From: the human T2T-CHM13v2.0 reference genome, Homo sapiens
Reading direction: 5' to 3' (one strand)
DNA length: 64,000 bases
Assembly: GCF_009914755.1 (NCBI RefSeq)
Contig: NC_060936.1
Positions 11,995 through 25,744 of the stretch are shown piece by piece (the first letter of the stretch is position 1; the number at the start of each line of letters is the position of its first letter). The translations under genes and the position numbers were made by a program. The notes beneath the pieces were generated by a model. It saw only the letters and a list, made by a program, of their open reading frames with translations, was not told the origin of the DNA and ran no database searches.

Positions 11995-12150
11995 GTTCTC
12001 TAAGGTATATATGGATCACCTGAGGATTAAACTGTAGATTAAACTGTAGATTAGGGTTAATAGTTTAAAGATAGGCCTCAGTCTGCATTTCTAATGAACT
12101 CCTTGCTAATGGAGATGCTACTGTTCCACAGAACACACTGAATTAGTGCA
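11995..12150. mobile_element. MER5A hAT-Charlie MITE
   Basis: ggatcacctgagga...tctgcatttctaatgaactcc...gatgctactgttccacagaacacactga. Contains a 12-bp tandem duplication gattaaactgta (12025-12048). Confidence 0.65.
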
Positions 12151-13684
12151 TTTGTTAAAAACTAAAAATGATAGCGAACTTGAATTTGACATAGAGTATA
12201 GGAAGGTCCCAACAGAAGTAAAGCCATTCAGTGTTCCCAGTGACACCAATGTACCCATGTATGAAGGGATCCCAAATATTCAAAAAAAATTATTTATATA
12301 GATTTTTTGAAACTCACCTATAAAAATCAAGTTTCACTAGAACGAAGTTGGTGGTGGCAAAAGACCTATTTGTAGTACCCTGAGATGATTAGGACTTAAG
12401 ATAGTATGAATATAAAGTTAACCTTGAGAAAAGGGAACATATTGTCTACTATAGTTTCATTTTTTAGGTCTTTGAAAAATAAACAATATTCACTCATCTG
12501 TTTCATGGCTAACTTTTAATGACAAAGTTAATATAGTGCTAATTTGTGATATAATTAATAGCTTCTAATCCTTCGATTAGACAAAGATTAGTTAACAAGG
12601 AGTTCATTAAGCTCTGATAATAAATTCAATCCCTGGATTATGCTTTTAGTTTGAAATACAATATGGGTGAGACATTTCCATCTCTCATTTAATCAAATGC
12701 AGAAAAATGCTGCCACACTTGAAAACTCTTGAATATCTTTTTTGGTTGGTTGGTTTTTAGATAAAAGTGTATTGAACTGATTACAAAGCATTCTTAAAAC
12801 TCACAGATTTGTACAATGGAGTGTATACTTCTTATATTGATGATATATTTATCGGAATATATTGGTTTTATGGAAAATGTCCCATGGTATAAGTATACAT
12901 TTAATATAACATCTTCAATAACAGCATCTTAAAGTTTCGGCTGAAATGTACTATGATATGGAGTTTTATTAAATACATTTGTGAATATAAATGTATACAT
13001 TTTTCTCTAGAAAGTCAAATTCTGAGTATCTCAAATTGATGCAATTTGATTAGTCTCTTAGGGAGAATTTAGGGCTTAGGTATTGCTGGGACAAGAACTG
13101 TCTCTGGGGAGAAAATTAGTTTGACTTACACAGAAAATTTCATATAGAATAACCTGTTATTTGAACGAAGACTTTTTTTATAAGCAGTGCCTCAAAAATC
13201 CAGGTGGAGTGTTATTTACCAAAGATTGAAATTTTAGGAGCTAGTTTATGATGTTTGTAAAGAAAGCAAAGACAGATAATTTATCTCATTCTATTACTCT
13301 CCTTTATGTCTTTGCCATGTCATCTGACATTCTATTTATGTTATTAAAAAATGAAGTTCAAGAATGCAAATTAGATTGCCAGGGATGAAAATATGTTTTT
13401 TAATTGAATTTGAACTCTTGATCCACTTTATTCTCTTAGCATTTGAATAATCAACATTCCTTTTTATGACAATTCTCCTGAGCCATGGCAGCTGACGTGT
13501 CTAAGACAGTAGTTTTCTCCAACTTCTTTAAGAGTTTTCAGATCTATATAGAGATCATTTTTCTCATTGTCAATAAGTGGTAAAGAAAGGCCTTAATGGT
13601 AATTTCCCATTAGCTTTATCTTTAGAAGGTCAGTGCAGTGCAATTCAAACAACAGTTTTAAAGTCAGATTTTTGTAAATTTCCT

Positions 13685-13870
13685 GTTTACTAACTGCATG
13701 GACTTATACAATTCTCTACTGCTCAGTTTTATCAATTAGTAATTAATAATACATAATACATATGTCTTACATAATAATGATTATGTAAAATTGTGTATGT
13801 AACAGGACATCTATAAAACACCTAGCACAATTTCTGTTCCATAGTGCTGTGTGATAAATGTGTTCATAGT
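13685..13870 (+). mobile_element. MIR SINE remnant
   Basis: gctcagttttatc core, then taaaacacctagcacaatttctgttccatagtg...taaatg. Confidence 0.55.
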
Positions 13871-14549
13871 CTTTCTCTTTTTTCTTTTATTTCTCTCCTT
13901 TAAATTTATGAAGTCCTTACTAAGATAACTTGTATTAGTTATCAATAATCTATATTTGGTAAAACACTTTGTAGGTTTATTTTCCAGTCCATCAGATTAT
14001 ACTTCCCATTCTATATTGAAAAAGAAACAAAACCTAATCCTAGTGTGAATCATGTTAAAAGAAAACTATGTTCATGTGAGTGAGGAGACATTCATAAACT
14101 TCCTCAAAATGCATTTTATTTATAAACATAATTTTGAAATATTTAATAGCTTTTCTCTTTCAATCAATTTCATTGAACAAATGTTTCTTAGTTGTTTTGA
14201 TGTCAATTCTATTCAAATTTTTCCTCCCACTTATTTTGATATAACAGTGATTGTCTCAATAATGCATTTTTTGGAATATAGCCCCTACTTGATAATGCTA
14301 GTTTATGCTAAGAAAACATTTTCATATAGACCATTGGTAGGTAGGTACAAGGACCATCAGGGGAACAACTAAATAATGGCAAAGTATTTTAGTAGAAGAC
14401 AAGCAGGCTAATGATATGGATTTTCATCTTGCTCTAGCATATTTCTATTTAAAACACCATTAGGAAACATTTCTCCATAGATCCCCTAGATCCCCCAGGG
14501 ACCCCCATCCTCCATAGATCACCCACAAAAATGAATTGATGTATTATTT

Positions 14550-14820
14550 GGAAATTCTTTCATTCAAAAATATTTATTGAGCCCTGACTCTGTGCCAGAT
14601 ATTGTTGGAGCACTTAGGATGCATCAGTGTCCAAAACAGACTATAATCTGTTATAAAATATACAGAGCTTACATTTTGCTGCATGATGGTGAGATAAGCA
14701 ATAAGTAGTAAACATAATAAATAAAATATACACTTTGTTTAAAAGTGATAGATGCTTTGAAAAAGAAAGAAGAGCAGCTAAGAGGGTACAAAACCACTGT
14801 GAAAGTAGGTGGGTTGCAGT
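14550..14820 (-). mobile_element. L2 3' end
   Basis: ttcattcaaaaatatttattgagccctgactctgtgccagatattgtt, the typical antisense L2 terminus. Confidence 0.75.
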
Positions 14821-14934
14821 TGACCAATGGATGATGACTTTAAGATTATATTAAACAATATACTAGGAAGTCAACAAATGAGACCAGAACTAGGAAAAGA
14901 CTGCATTCAAATACAATGAAAAAAAAAATCATTG

Positions 14935-15485
14935 CTTGTTATGCCAGTTAATGTTCTCAGTTGAAAACAGCTCAGAAATGTATTAAGGTACATTAGGTAG
15001 CCCAAAGTATCTTCCAGAGATCCAAAACTCAGCCAGGAAAATTTCCTAACCATGCCATATGATCTGTTGTAGAAAAAAAATTGCCACCACATGCAACCAG
15101 CACAAATAACACAGTTGTTGGAGTCAACACAGTTTGCACAGATGATACGAATGACCTAACCACAAATTTCCACCACTACTACCTTCAAAGGGTCGTACTC
15201 TTTCACCACCATGCTCATGGAAAGATGGATTCTGTACATGTCTCCTTCTTTCTCCTGCTTATCTCATTAAAGGTTCCTGTTGTTTCTTCTAGCTGGCTCA
15301 AACAGTTTTGTCTAGTTGGCAGAGCCTAGGTCACTTCCCTGTGCTCTATCTGTAAGTAGGGATGGCACAAGAAATCCTGGAATCTACCATAGCAGGATAG
15401 GACTCAGAGTGGAGGAAATGCTCTAAGTACCCAAGAGGCATTTAAATGATTTGGGGCAAGCCAAACATGACAAATATCCACTACA
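14935..15485 (-). mobile_element. Ancient MLT1-type LTR (MLT1L/N/O-like)
   Basis: Right end gccaaacatgacaaatatccactaca (reverse complement tgtagtggatatttg...). Internal tggcagagcctaggtcac motif. Confidence 0.45.
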
Positions 15486-17299
15486 GCTAAAAATCACTGA
15501 TTAACTTTTGAGTCATATAATTTTATTTTTATTCTTTACCTTACTCTTGACTATAGTTCCCCCCCACCCCACAGACTCATAATATTGTAGCTCTGTATAT
15601 TTCAATAGCAAGATTTTAGAACATTTTAGTTTTCAAGGAACATGGATTTTTCTTTCCCAAAGGATAAAGGTAGAAAATCGGTTGATATTAATGATAATAG
15701 TTTTCATGGTTATTATATTTGAATATCTAGAAAAAGGTGAGAGAAGTTCTCTTGAGGAGTACAAACCAGTTATAGTTTAAACAAAACACACTAGAGTTTG
15801 ATAGGCTATAGGAAGTAGATGCTTTAGTTAAGCTATCTCCCTTTTAATATATTTATTTCTTCATAAAAACAGATTAATAATATATTCCTCTCAGTCACAA
15901 CTTGTACTATTAAAGAATCATTTATTGAAATGTTCTTAAAAATTATGTGAAGTTGTGAAAAATCAGTTATAGAATTATATATTATAAACCTCAAGTAGAT
16001 ACATTAGTTATGATTTATGAACTATGTTTATTCATAAATGAATAAATGAATTATTCATTTATGAATAATTTTCTATTCTCAAAGACCTTAGTTTTCCTCC
16101 CTTTCTTAATTCTAATTTTAATTATTTTCATCTATAAAATATTTATCATGAATTCTTAAATACAATATGTGTTTAAATGCTTTACCTATATTTATAAAGA
16201 AGTCAAGCAGATAATAGGTTGTATCATAATGGTTTCACCTCATTTAAGTAAAATGAAACTGAGCCAAAAACAGGAGTGAAATCTTTCCTGAAGACAGTAA
16301 CAGAACAGTTTTCATTATATAGGTCATCATTAAAGAAAGGCAGGAAGGGAGACCAAGACTGTAAGTCAGAACTGGAAGAGTTGTATATGTGAATATGTTG
16401 AAGAACTGCAGGTAAATCACATTGGAGGGAGGCAGATCATTAAAGAATAAACCATTTAGCAACAAATGAACATACTGAAAGATGGAACATGTTTATTGAA
16501 GACAAATTCTTCTATTTCATTTCCAAGCGCAAGCTCTTAGGGGCTGCTATTATTCCCTGCAAAGAGTCACCCTTTTGCTCTCTAGGCTATTCAGGCCACA
16601 GCACCTGACTCTGCAGGAAGGATGAATTCTAATTGTGGCCTTTGAGAGATTGCAAAGCAAATGCTACTCACTTCCATAGACTTATTACTGGATGTTTCTA
16701 TGCAAGACTGGCGGAAAATTGGGCCACGCATGAGTTCCTTTTGAATTAGCCAGACTACAACTTACCACAATTGAAAAGACTTTGTTGTAGTTGCCAAGGA
16801 TGTTTGGACAAGCCAGATTTCCACATCTTCTCACAGGGGAATGCTGACATGTTTGTCACTTCCTAAATCAATCAGTAGCCTTGTTGTTTTGCAAACTTTA
16901 CCAGTGGCAGATCTACACTCCCCAGAGATACTGAGAGCCTGGCTGAGAAGGCTGGGCAATCTGCAGAGATATGCACCGCAGACAGTTCTCCCTTGAGCTA
17001 AGAAACTTCAAACAATATTATGATGCAATGTCTTTGACTGTAAGCAAAGGAATTTTCAGAATAAAGCATTCTTATATGCTTGGCAGTATAATAAATGCAA
17101 CATGCAGAGAGATTAATCTGATCATTATCCAAAGAATGGAATGGAAGAGAGAGCCTTGCCTGTCACACCTTTAACTCTGTCAAACACAGCAACAAAATAA
17201 AGCAACATCAATTTATTTGGAACACAATTTATCATTCTTGGTGTTTTCTCACATGTATCAGCTCATTTGACTGAAACAACCTCCCAAGTCTTGAGACAA

Positions 17300-17480
17300 T
17301 ATAGTATGTGACTGAGCACAGGAGTAAGACCCATAAGATATAGGTCCAAGACACAATTATATCTATCTGTGTGTCATTAGCATCTCAGTCACATTGTGTA
17401 CAAGATAATGTGAGGATAAATGAGACAATGAATGAGCAAGTGCTTTGTAAAAGGCTCTACACATAGAAAGTGATGCTGTT
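17300..17480 (+). mobile_element. MIR SINE remnant
   Basis: tgtgaggataaatgagacaatgaatgagcaagtgctttgtaa. Confidence 0.6.
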
Positions 17481-20400
17481 ATCGTTGAAGTGGACAATAC
17501 CCTAGTAAGCCAGGCTGGATACTATGTTTTATCCAGCCTCAGGCTTAAGTGAAGATACGCAGAAATATAAGAAGGAAACCCAGTTTTTTAAAAAATACGG
17601 ACCTCTGTGGACACCAGGGTGAAGTTTTTGAACTATTCTTATTTGGGGTTTAAACGAAAAGACGACCCTTAAAGCCTGGAGAAATCTAGGACATCTCAGT
17701 TACGTAAGCTACTCTTTGAAATGCAGCAATTATTTTTGGTCGGATAATACTGAAGGAAAGTTTTTGTAATTCTGTTGTATGTGGAACAAACAGTACCTGT
17801 TCAGGTACTGGGAATTGAATGATGCTTCTTTATTTGTAGAAACAGAAGCTATGAGGTGGCAGTTTTGACATGACTATAAAGCTATGAACACAAACAGAAA
17901 GAGAGAGATTATTTGACGGTTATTTTATTTTCAGAGAGCAGTTGAGTCTCAATTTCTCATAAAAATATTAAACGTGTATGCATGCATATGCCCATATATC
18001 ACCAATACAAAAAAAAATGCTTACTATAGAGCAAGGCTTAGGAATTTGGATGAAATTGTAAACACTATTGAAGCTGCTCTAATTTTAAATTCCCTCTTGC
18101 AGCTGCAGCATCCTGCCCTAATCTCTATGAATACAACACATCCATTTAAATAAAAATAGTTATCTGCACCATTCTTCCCTTTACCAGCTGCGGTACTATC
18201 ATAAGCCTTTGTTTATTCTCTATTATATATATGTAGAAATAAAGTCATTTAAAATTAAAATGATAATGTCCCCTTTTCCAGTCTCTAGATCCTGTCAAGT
18301 TTAACCTAATGTAAATTAATGTGACTGGTTTTATATTTAACAAACCAATAAATCTGTTCTTTCTATGAACTGGAGAGGAAACCTTTTCTGAGCAGGGGGC
18401 TTTTCTCTATTGTTCACAGCTTTTTTTTTTCTACAGTCAATTGGCTAGTTAGCGTCCTTTATAGTAGTTCCTGAACACCCTACAGTCTTTCTCTCCTCTT
18501 GTTTTTGTAAAACTTCTTCCTCTTTCTCCTATTCATCTTTGGAAAATCTGTCTTAACAACACTCCACTACATAGTTACTGCTCAGAGAGAGAAATCACTT
18601 TAGGTGCCTCTCTTTTGTGCTCCTTAAGCACCATGAGCCTCTATCTACAATAACATGCATTTAATTAGAGCTCAATTTGAGCAGAAGTCCTATCTGTATT
18701 TTCCCCATCATTGTACCCTTAGCACAGATCACACAGATGCTTGATTAAAACATAGTTGGACAAATGGAAGATGGGAATGAGTGTGTCACTGACTGCCTTG
18801 CCTGTGTGCTCTAATGCCTAGTACTCTGTTAGCACAGAGAAGGTGCTTAGTAAGAGATATGTGTTGGCCAGAAGAGGAAGACAACTGTGAGGGCACGAGA
18901 AAAGACAATCCATTCATTATTCTCATTGCCATTAGAATAAAGTTAGTAATACCTATGGCTGTTAAAGTTCATCTTGGTTCAAACCTTGCTTGTCTATCCT
19001 GCTTCATCTTTTGCCTCTTACCAGACATCTGCTTTCCCTGCACACCACTGCAAACTGCATAACTGCAGGCCTAATCATTCAAGCTCTCTCTTCGCCAAAA
19101 CTTTGCATGTTATTTCTTCTATTAGAAAACCACTTCATAACTCCCTTACCTTGCTTCCTCAAACTTCGGGTGTTAGAATAGTTATTGCTTTCTCAGAAGA
19201 CCCTTTCCTGATACACCAGAATAACATTAAATGAGTTTTTTTCATGTGCTCTTTTTGCGTACTGAGCTTACCCTGGTTTAATAGCCAGATTGTATCGCAA
19301 ATTATGTGATTTCCAGATTTTAAACCCCTTTCTAATGTATGATTTCAAGTGCCATTTCAGTTAAGATAAAGCCCAAACTTCTCAACATGGAACAGAATGT
19401 TCTTGGGGATCAAACCACTATTTGGTATTCCAGCCTCATCTCAGCCTTAAGACCTTTGGCAATGATGTTCCTTCTATTTGAAAAATTCTTCTAGCTTTCC
19501 TGGATTTTTTTTCTTAACTTTTAGTCCTCTCTTAGAGCAAAGAGCCTCCTCTTTAACCCAGCAACTACTTAATTCCTAGTTCAAAATATCTGTTGTACAA
19601 ATGGATGAACTAGCACTGTGCAGCAACTATATTCTTTGACACAATCAAGGCACAAGCATATTAGATTTTAGTAAAATCTATTTATGTTTTTATAAAATCT
19701 TTAATATAAATCATATGCTTTTAAAAAGTCTGGTATCCTGCAGATGAATTATAGATTTATGTACCTGGTATAATACTTCTCTCTTCTCCTCCATTAGTCT
19801 GTAACAGTTAAGACCCAGAGATTTGCTATTGTTGTCACCTTCTATCAATTAAATCCTTCAACAAGGATATCAAGGAATTTAAAAGGGAAAATGTTGTTTA
19901 GCCCACTGGAGTTGAGAGTGCATAAATTTAATGCCCACATCAATAATTATGCAAGGTTATATTGTGGACAAATTGTATAAACTAGATGCTCATTGTTTTA
20001 ATTAAACTCCAGAGCTATTCCAATTAAGACAGCTGTAGAATGATACGCAGGGAGAGAAAAATGAAAGTAGAGATTTTGAGTGTCTGAAGAAAAAAAAAAG
20101 GATAATGGGGAAACTGAATAATCAATTTGATATTATATAACAAAGTCAACTTGAGAAGTCAGATTGCAGGAACTGTTTTTCTCAATTTTCTGTACTGCAA
20201 AAATCATACTATATGGTTTAATGAGCCAGGTCTTCCTTGTGCCTAGGGAACAACCTGTAGGAAAGACTAAGAGCTGCTTAGTAAGCCTGCTGTGCAGATA
20301 TGTGAAATGTTAGGAATACAAATTAAAATGTTACACAAAAGGCACTGGTGAGTCAGTGAAGGGATTTAAAAGAAGAAGTGAATAAAGTGTGATTATTTTG

Positions 20401-20519
20401 TTTGAGATTTAAGCTGATTGAAGTCAGGGATAATTAATAATGTCTCAGAAAAGATTTAGAATTATCATGGACTCTATCTTTTACAGACGTTAAGAAAATG
20501 ACAGTATTCATATTCAGAT

Positions 20520-20940
20520 CAACCACATATTAAACTCCTACTGTATGTCAGTTCAACTATTGCTTTTCTATATTTTACCTTTAATCTTCTCACAATCTTA
20601 TGAGATTCAGATAGGTATTATTATTATTATTATTACCATTTTAAAGATGAGGAAATTAGCTGCCCCACTGTCACACACACATTAGGGGTCAGAATTGGAA
20701 TTTGAATCAGGACACTGCATTCCAAAGACCAGGCAATTTTCTAGCCACAGGTCACATTGTTTAATTTATTATTCCTGACAATAATCATATTGAGTCAGTG
20801 CCATCGTCCTCATTTTATAGATGAGAAAACAGAAGCCCAGAAGAGTTCAGTAACTAACATAACACCATACCCTCAGGCAATGGTAAACCTGGAATTTGAA
20901 CCTTGGTCTTTTTCAGTCTCAGGCAGTCTTTTTCCTTTTA
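20520..20940 (-). mobile_element. Two adjacent MIR SINEs
   Basis: ccattttaaagatgaggaaatt...gaatttgaatcagg and cctcattttatagatgagaaaacagaagcccagaag...gaatttgaaccttggtc. Confidence 0.75.
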
Positions 20941-21839
20941 GCTTAGCTTTAATGTGGTAACTCTGTCCTATTACTTGGGTAACTTTGTGGGTGAAATGGT
21001 AAAGAATCATTCATTTTTATATAATTAAGAGAGTTATTTTTAAATGTGTAAATACTGTATCTGGAAATTGTGGCTACACATAAAAGAGATTTCTTAAAGT
21101 AGATCTCACAGACCAGGCTTCAATTTCAGTCTGATTTTGCTCTTTGCAAGTAATTTCCACTTTAGGCATTTGAAATAAGCTGGTGCTGAGGACTATTGGG
21201 TCAAGTTGTTGAAATTCTGAATTGATTTATTGATTAATCTACTACAATAGAATCTTACCTATTTTGACTAAAAAGACCCGCCTTCTTTCCAGCTCTATCA
21301 CTTTCTAAGCATGTGACATTGGGCAAGTTCCTTAATCTTTCCATGCTTCATTATATATTTATGATTCTTAGATCAGTGTTGGTACAAAGTAAAGGTTCTT
21401 CTTTTTCTTAAACCCTGCATCATCTCAGATACTTACAAATGAAAAAGGTGAAACACTTTATGGGGTCTAAGAAGTTAACCTGACTCTTCAAAGTGTTTTT
21501 TTCAAAGCTTCTGCTGAATTTTTGAACTTGTAAAGGGAAACCCAGACCTGAATTGACAGCAGGGGCATCGGAGAGTCAAATTTACTTGCATTAGGAAATG
21601 AGAAGGACACTTGTTAGTATCCTTGTGGGGTTTATGTTTGTATGTTTTTTGCTTTTAACAGGACAGAAAAGAAAAAGGGTGAATGAGTTACATAGAATCA
21701 CTAAATCTCACAGTGGTCTAAGCACAAGAAATAATAATAATAATGTTATTCAACTGAAAGGTCTTTTTGTCCCTCTGATGTAAACAACATTCATTTTCCC
21801 CAAATTTTAGTCACACAGAAACCTTGGATAAACATAAGC

Positions 21840-22850
21840 GTAATATAGATATGAGAAAAAGTGCCATTGAGCTTCAGAGAAGAGATTGATGACATCTACA
21901 TGGGATTTGAATTACTGGTAAATATGATGGGAGGACATTTCTGGCATAGGACAGGAATAGATCGATGAAAGCAATAAAGAAAAGGAAATGTATATGAAGC
22001 AATACTTTGCTGTTACTGGGAACTGGAGTGCCTAAAAGGAAGTAATCGGGATTAAAATCAGAAAAAATATGTAGGAAATATTGAATACCAGGCAAAGATA
22101 TTTGAGTTTGTCAATAGTCAGCAGAGAGCCACTGGAGGATTTTGAAGAACTGATATGGTCAGAATTAACATTCAAAATACAAGATGATGAAGTCTTAGAG
22201 GTCTGCTGTATACACAATGTCTGTAGTTAACATATTGTGTACTGAAAATTTTGGTATGAGGGTAGATCATATATTGCGTTACTATTACTTCTACTACTAA
22301 TAATAAATAAAGGGGGTAGGAGGAAACCTCTGGAGGTGATGCATAGGTTTACGACGTAGATTGCAGTGCTGGTTTCATGGGTGTATACAAATCCCCAAAC
22401 TCAACAATCTGTATAAGTTAAATATGTTCACCTTTCCATATGTAAATCATACCTTAGTAAACTTTAAAAATAGTTAAACTTCAGTAAGATTAATCTGATA
22501 ATAAGGTCTTGAGTGGGTTGGAGAGAATCTGGATGAGACAAGTTAGGAAACTGGGGCAACCTATTGGGGGGAAGATAAAGAGAATATGAACAAGCACAAG
22601 ATGCAAGAAGGAAATGAGAAGCAGAATGAGAACCAGCAGGGCTTGGTCACCAATTAGAAATTGAAGGTAAAGAGAAGGAGTCAGAGATGATTTAATCCTG
22701 GTGTCAGTAAATAGAATTAAGGAAGCCAGAAAAAATGGACAGGATTGGGAAAAGGGAATTGAGTTTTGTATATACTGAATCTGAGGCTTAAGGAGAATAT
22801 CAAAGCAAAGAAATCTAAGAGAAATTAGAAGTATAGTCAGGACTATCCAT
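21840..22850 (-). mobile_element. L2 fragment interrupted by an L1MA/MB 3' end
   Basis: gagccactggaggattttgaag...atggtcaga and ggagtcagagatgatt...gagttttgtatatactgaatctgagg are antisense L2 motifs. Confidence 0.6.
22190..22470 (+). mobile_element. L1MA10/L1MB-type 3' end
   Basis: ggaggaaacctctggaggtgatg...gattgcagtgctggtttcatgggtgtatac...aaatatgttcacc...tcatacct. Confidence 0.75.
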
Positions 22851-22910
22851 TTCTTCGGGGAAGAGCAAAAAAAGAATTTATTCTCCTTAGAGGGTTTTTG
22901 GTGTTTTTTT

Positions 22911-22934
22911 GTTGTTGTTGTTGTTGTTGTTGTT
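22911..22934 (+). repeat. (GTT)8 microsatellite
   Basis: gttgttgttgttgttgttgttgtt seen directly. Confidence 0.9.
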
Positions 22935-23673
22935 TTCCAGAAAAGATACAGTTTGATGTACTCAAAGAATACAAATGTTTAGGAAGGGAAAGGAACAAAA
23001 TTATTTTTAAATGGTATTATATAACTGATCAGTATGATTGGAAAATACTTTAAATGCTTATAAAGCACATTTTTCTATTCCTAAACCACAGACATCTCTT
23101 ATATATCTGTTGGAAGGCAATTTTAACTCATGTTTAAAAATGGAATGGTCAGAAATGACCATTATGACTCTTACAATCTAAATCTCATCTGTTTTAAGGC
23201 TCTTTACACTCTGCAGACACTTTATATTGTTAAATTACATCTTTTAGTCAAATCTTATTCATGCCTTACTATCATCTGTAGATCTGCTTCTGTATTAATC
23301 ACTTTCAAATTTATATTTTACACTTAAATTCAAATTTTCTGAGATGTATTGCCAGAATTTTACCACTATTCCTTGACATGTTTAAAAGATTTTGATTCCT
23401 TTTTGTCTCATTGTATTTATAGCTTACTTCAGCATAACATTACTTTGATGTCTGCTTGAAATCACTTGGTAGTACACAAATTTAATGAAAACATTAATGA
23501 CAAAACACAGAAAATTTCTTTTAACTTTTTGTGGTCTCAGAGGTTTGAGGGTGTAAGGTAAGGATTACTTAAGAACAATTAAAGTGGTATTTGGGAATGG
23601 TTTTCTTGTGGAGATCTGGCTTTAGGTATACATGGTAAACTACTGAGGTGATTTAAGTCTGCAGCATATCAAG

Positions 23674-24007
23674 TGTCCTAGTCACTTTGAACTGCTATTA
23701 CAAAATACTGTAGACTGGGTGGCTTATAAACAACATAAATTTATTTCTTAAATTTCTGGAGGCAGGAAGTCTGAGGTCACTTGGGTGCCAGCATTGCCTG
23801 GTTCTAGTGAGGGCCCTCCTTCAAGTTACAGACAGCCTTCTTCTCCTTTTATCCTCACATGGTAGAAATATGGGAAGACAACTCTGCAGTCTCTTTTATA
23901 AGGACATTAATTCCTTCCAAAAGTTTCACCACTGAATACCATCACATTTTGCATTAGGATTTCAACATATGGATTTTGGGGGGACACAAGCATTTAGTGC
24001 ACAACAC
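23674..24007 (-). mobile_element. MLT1A0-like solo LTR
   Basis: ctgctattacaaaatactgtagactgggtggcttataaacaac...gatttcaacatatggattttgggggacacaagcatt. Confidence 0.85.
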
Positions 24008-24189
24008 CAGGCTCCTCCTTCTCTATATGTAGTTTTATGGTATAATTTTTTTATGGTATAAATATATTTATGGCAATTTTATTTGGAAATTAACTGTTAA
24101 GATATATCTAACTATACAGGAAATATTCTAGTCTCTTCCAACATCTACTTATAATTTGCTTTTCCTTGGACACAAGTCTACCTGATCAT

Positions 24190-25160
24190 GCTTGTTTTCT
24201 TTGCCACATTTGAGGCAATGCTGTCCATCTTTTTCCTTTTTTAGAAATTAGTTCTCACTTAGGCATCAGCGACATTGAACACTGATGGTTTTCTCCTATC
24301 ACTCTGAAGTACCTGGTGAACACCTGGTTGACGTTCCCTTTTTGATCTACACACCAATGAAATTTATCAACTTCCATGGCTCTATCCAGTCTCCTATAGG
24401 GATTCACCCATTTTCTTCCCTGGGGTATATGTTCTACATAGCCATCCTTGACCTTTCATAGGAAGGATATTCTATAACCATATCCTTCCCAATCTATGTC
24501 ACTGGACTACTTTCTGTGTACTCTTACTGATCCCGTTACTGCTACTATAGACTATGCTATTATCTTTGCTTTGTAGATTGTTGAAATAAACTTCTAATTG
24601 ATTATCTTATCCTATCTCTCATTACCTACCTTACTATGCCAAAGATATAGTCTAAGGCACATATGTGAGTATGCACACACTTCTTCCAGTACTTTCTTAA
24701 CATGCCAGCCAAGGCCCTGAACAAATTTATCATAAACTCCTTTTCAGAGTAAACCCAAATCCTCTCACCCTAGCAATATGTACTCTTTACTGATGAGCAT
24801 GCACCTTGAACCTTGTTTCTATTCCTTTGCTCATGGTCTTTCATCTTCCCAGGACATATTTCCACTCCCTTATATAAGTGTTACATAAGTTCATACCCAT
24901 TTTTAAAAGCCTAGCATAAATTTCACCTCCTGTAGCTTTCTTTGATTCCTCTGTCAGAATCACTTTTTATCTTTCTCTGTGTTTCCACAGCTGTGTGTAT
25001 TCACCCCAATCATAGAATTCATCACATTGTTTTTTAGGAATTTGTTTTTACATCTAGCTGCTTATAGAAAACTGAGAGCTGCTCACAGGTAGATATGCCT
25101 TATTTCCCTGTGACCTCAATGTCAAATACAGTCCTTAGCAGACTCCCAATAATAGGATAA
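24190..25160 (+). mobile_element. Degraded L2 (L2c-like)
   Basis: Pyrimidine-rich text with cctttgctcatgg, aaatttcacctcc, and cagtccttagca...caata at the 3' end. Confidence 0.5.
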
Positions 25161-25744
25161 TGATTGTTTCACTATAAGAGGCACAGAAAAACCATCTCAG
25201 AAGGAGAATGGAGAACCAGACCCAAGAGGATTAAAAGCTATTTAACGTTAATATTATTCACAGAAATATTACTATGATCACGGAAAATGTCATTAACAGG
25301 ATTGGGTTGGGGGAGGGAAGCTGCACCTCTTCTGGGGTGCTAGTTGTTATTGAGGAGGTAGTCCTAAGTTTATGTGGTAGGGAACATGGGAGCCAGAGTA
25401 GACAGATGAAGGTAGAAGTTAAAGTAACAGATCAGTTTTAGCAATAGAAGATGGCCTTTAAATTTTAAAAGGCTACTAATAAATCTGAGATTTCCAGAAA
25501 TTCAGGACATACAGGCTGATACCAGCCACCCATTGGACGAGATTAAGCCTCTTTGCATTCATACATCTCCCTTCCCTGTAATATTTTTTGTGTTATTTCT
25601 TCTTTGTTCTTCCAGTTTGTGTTCACATCATTCCTCTACATATGACAAAAATGTGTCTGAGGTGGGAAGGGAGTAAGATTAGGGATGGCAACTAATAATT
25701 TCTTGAGACATATACGCTTTCCTCAGATGGATGTTTATTTTATA

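Noticed and set aside
15081-15329. C/A-rich ORF resembling mitochondrial DNA (NUMT)
   Set aside because: No recognisable mitochondrial gene motif, and it lies within a probable old MLT1 LTR.
17791-17810. Near-perfect palindrome cagtacctg-tt-caggtactg
   Set aside because: 9-bp arms are expected several times by chance in 64 kb, and there is no supporting context.
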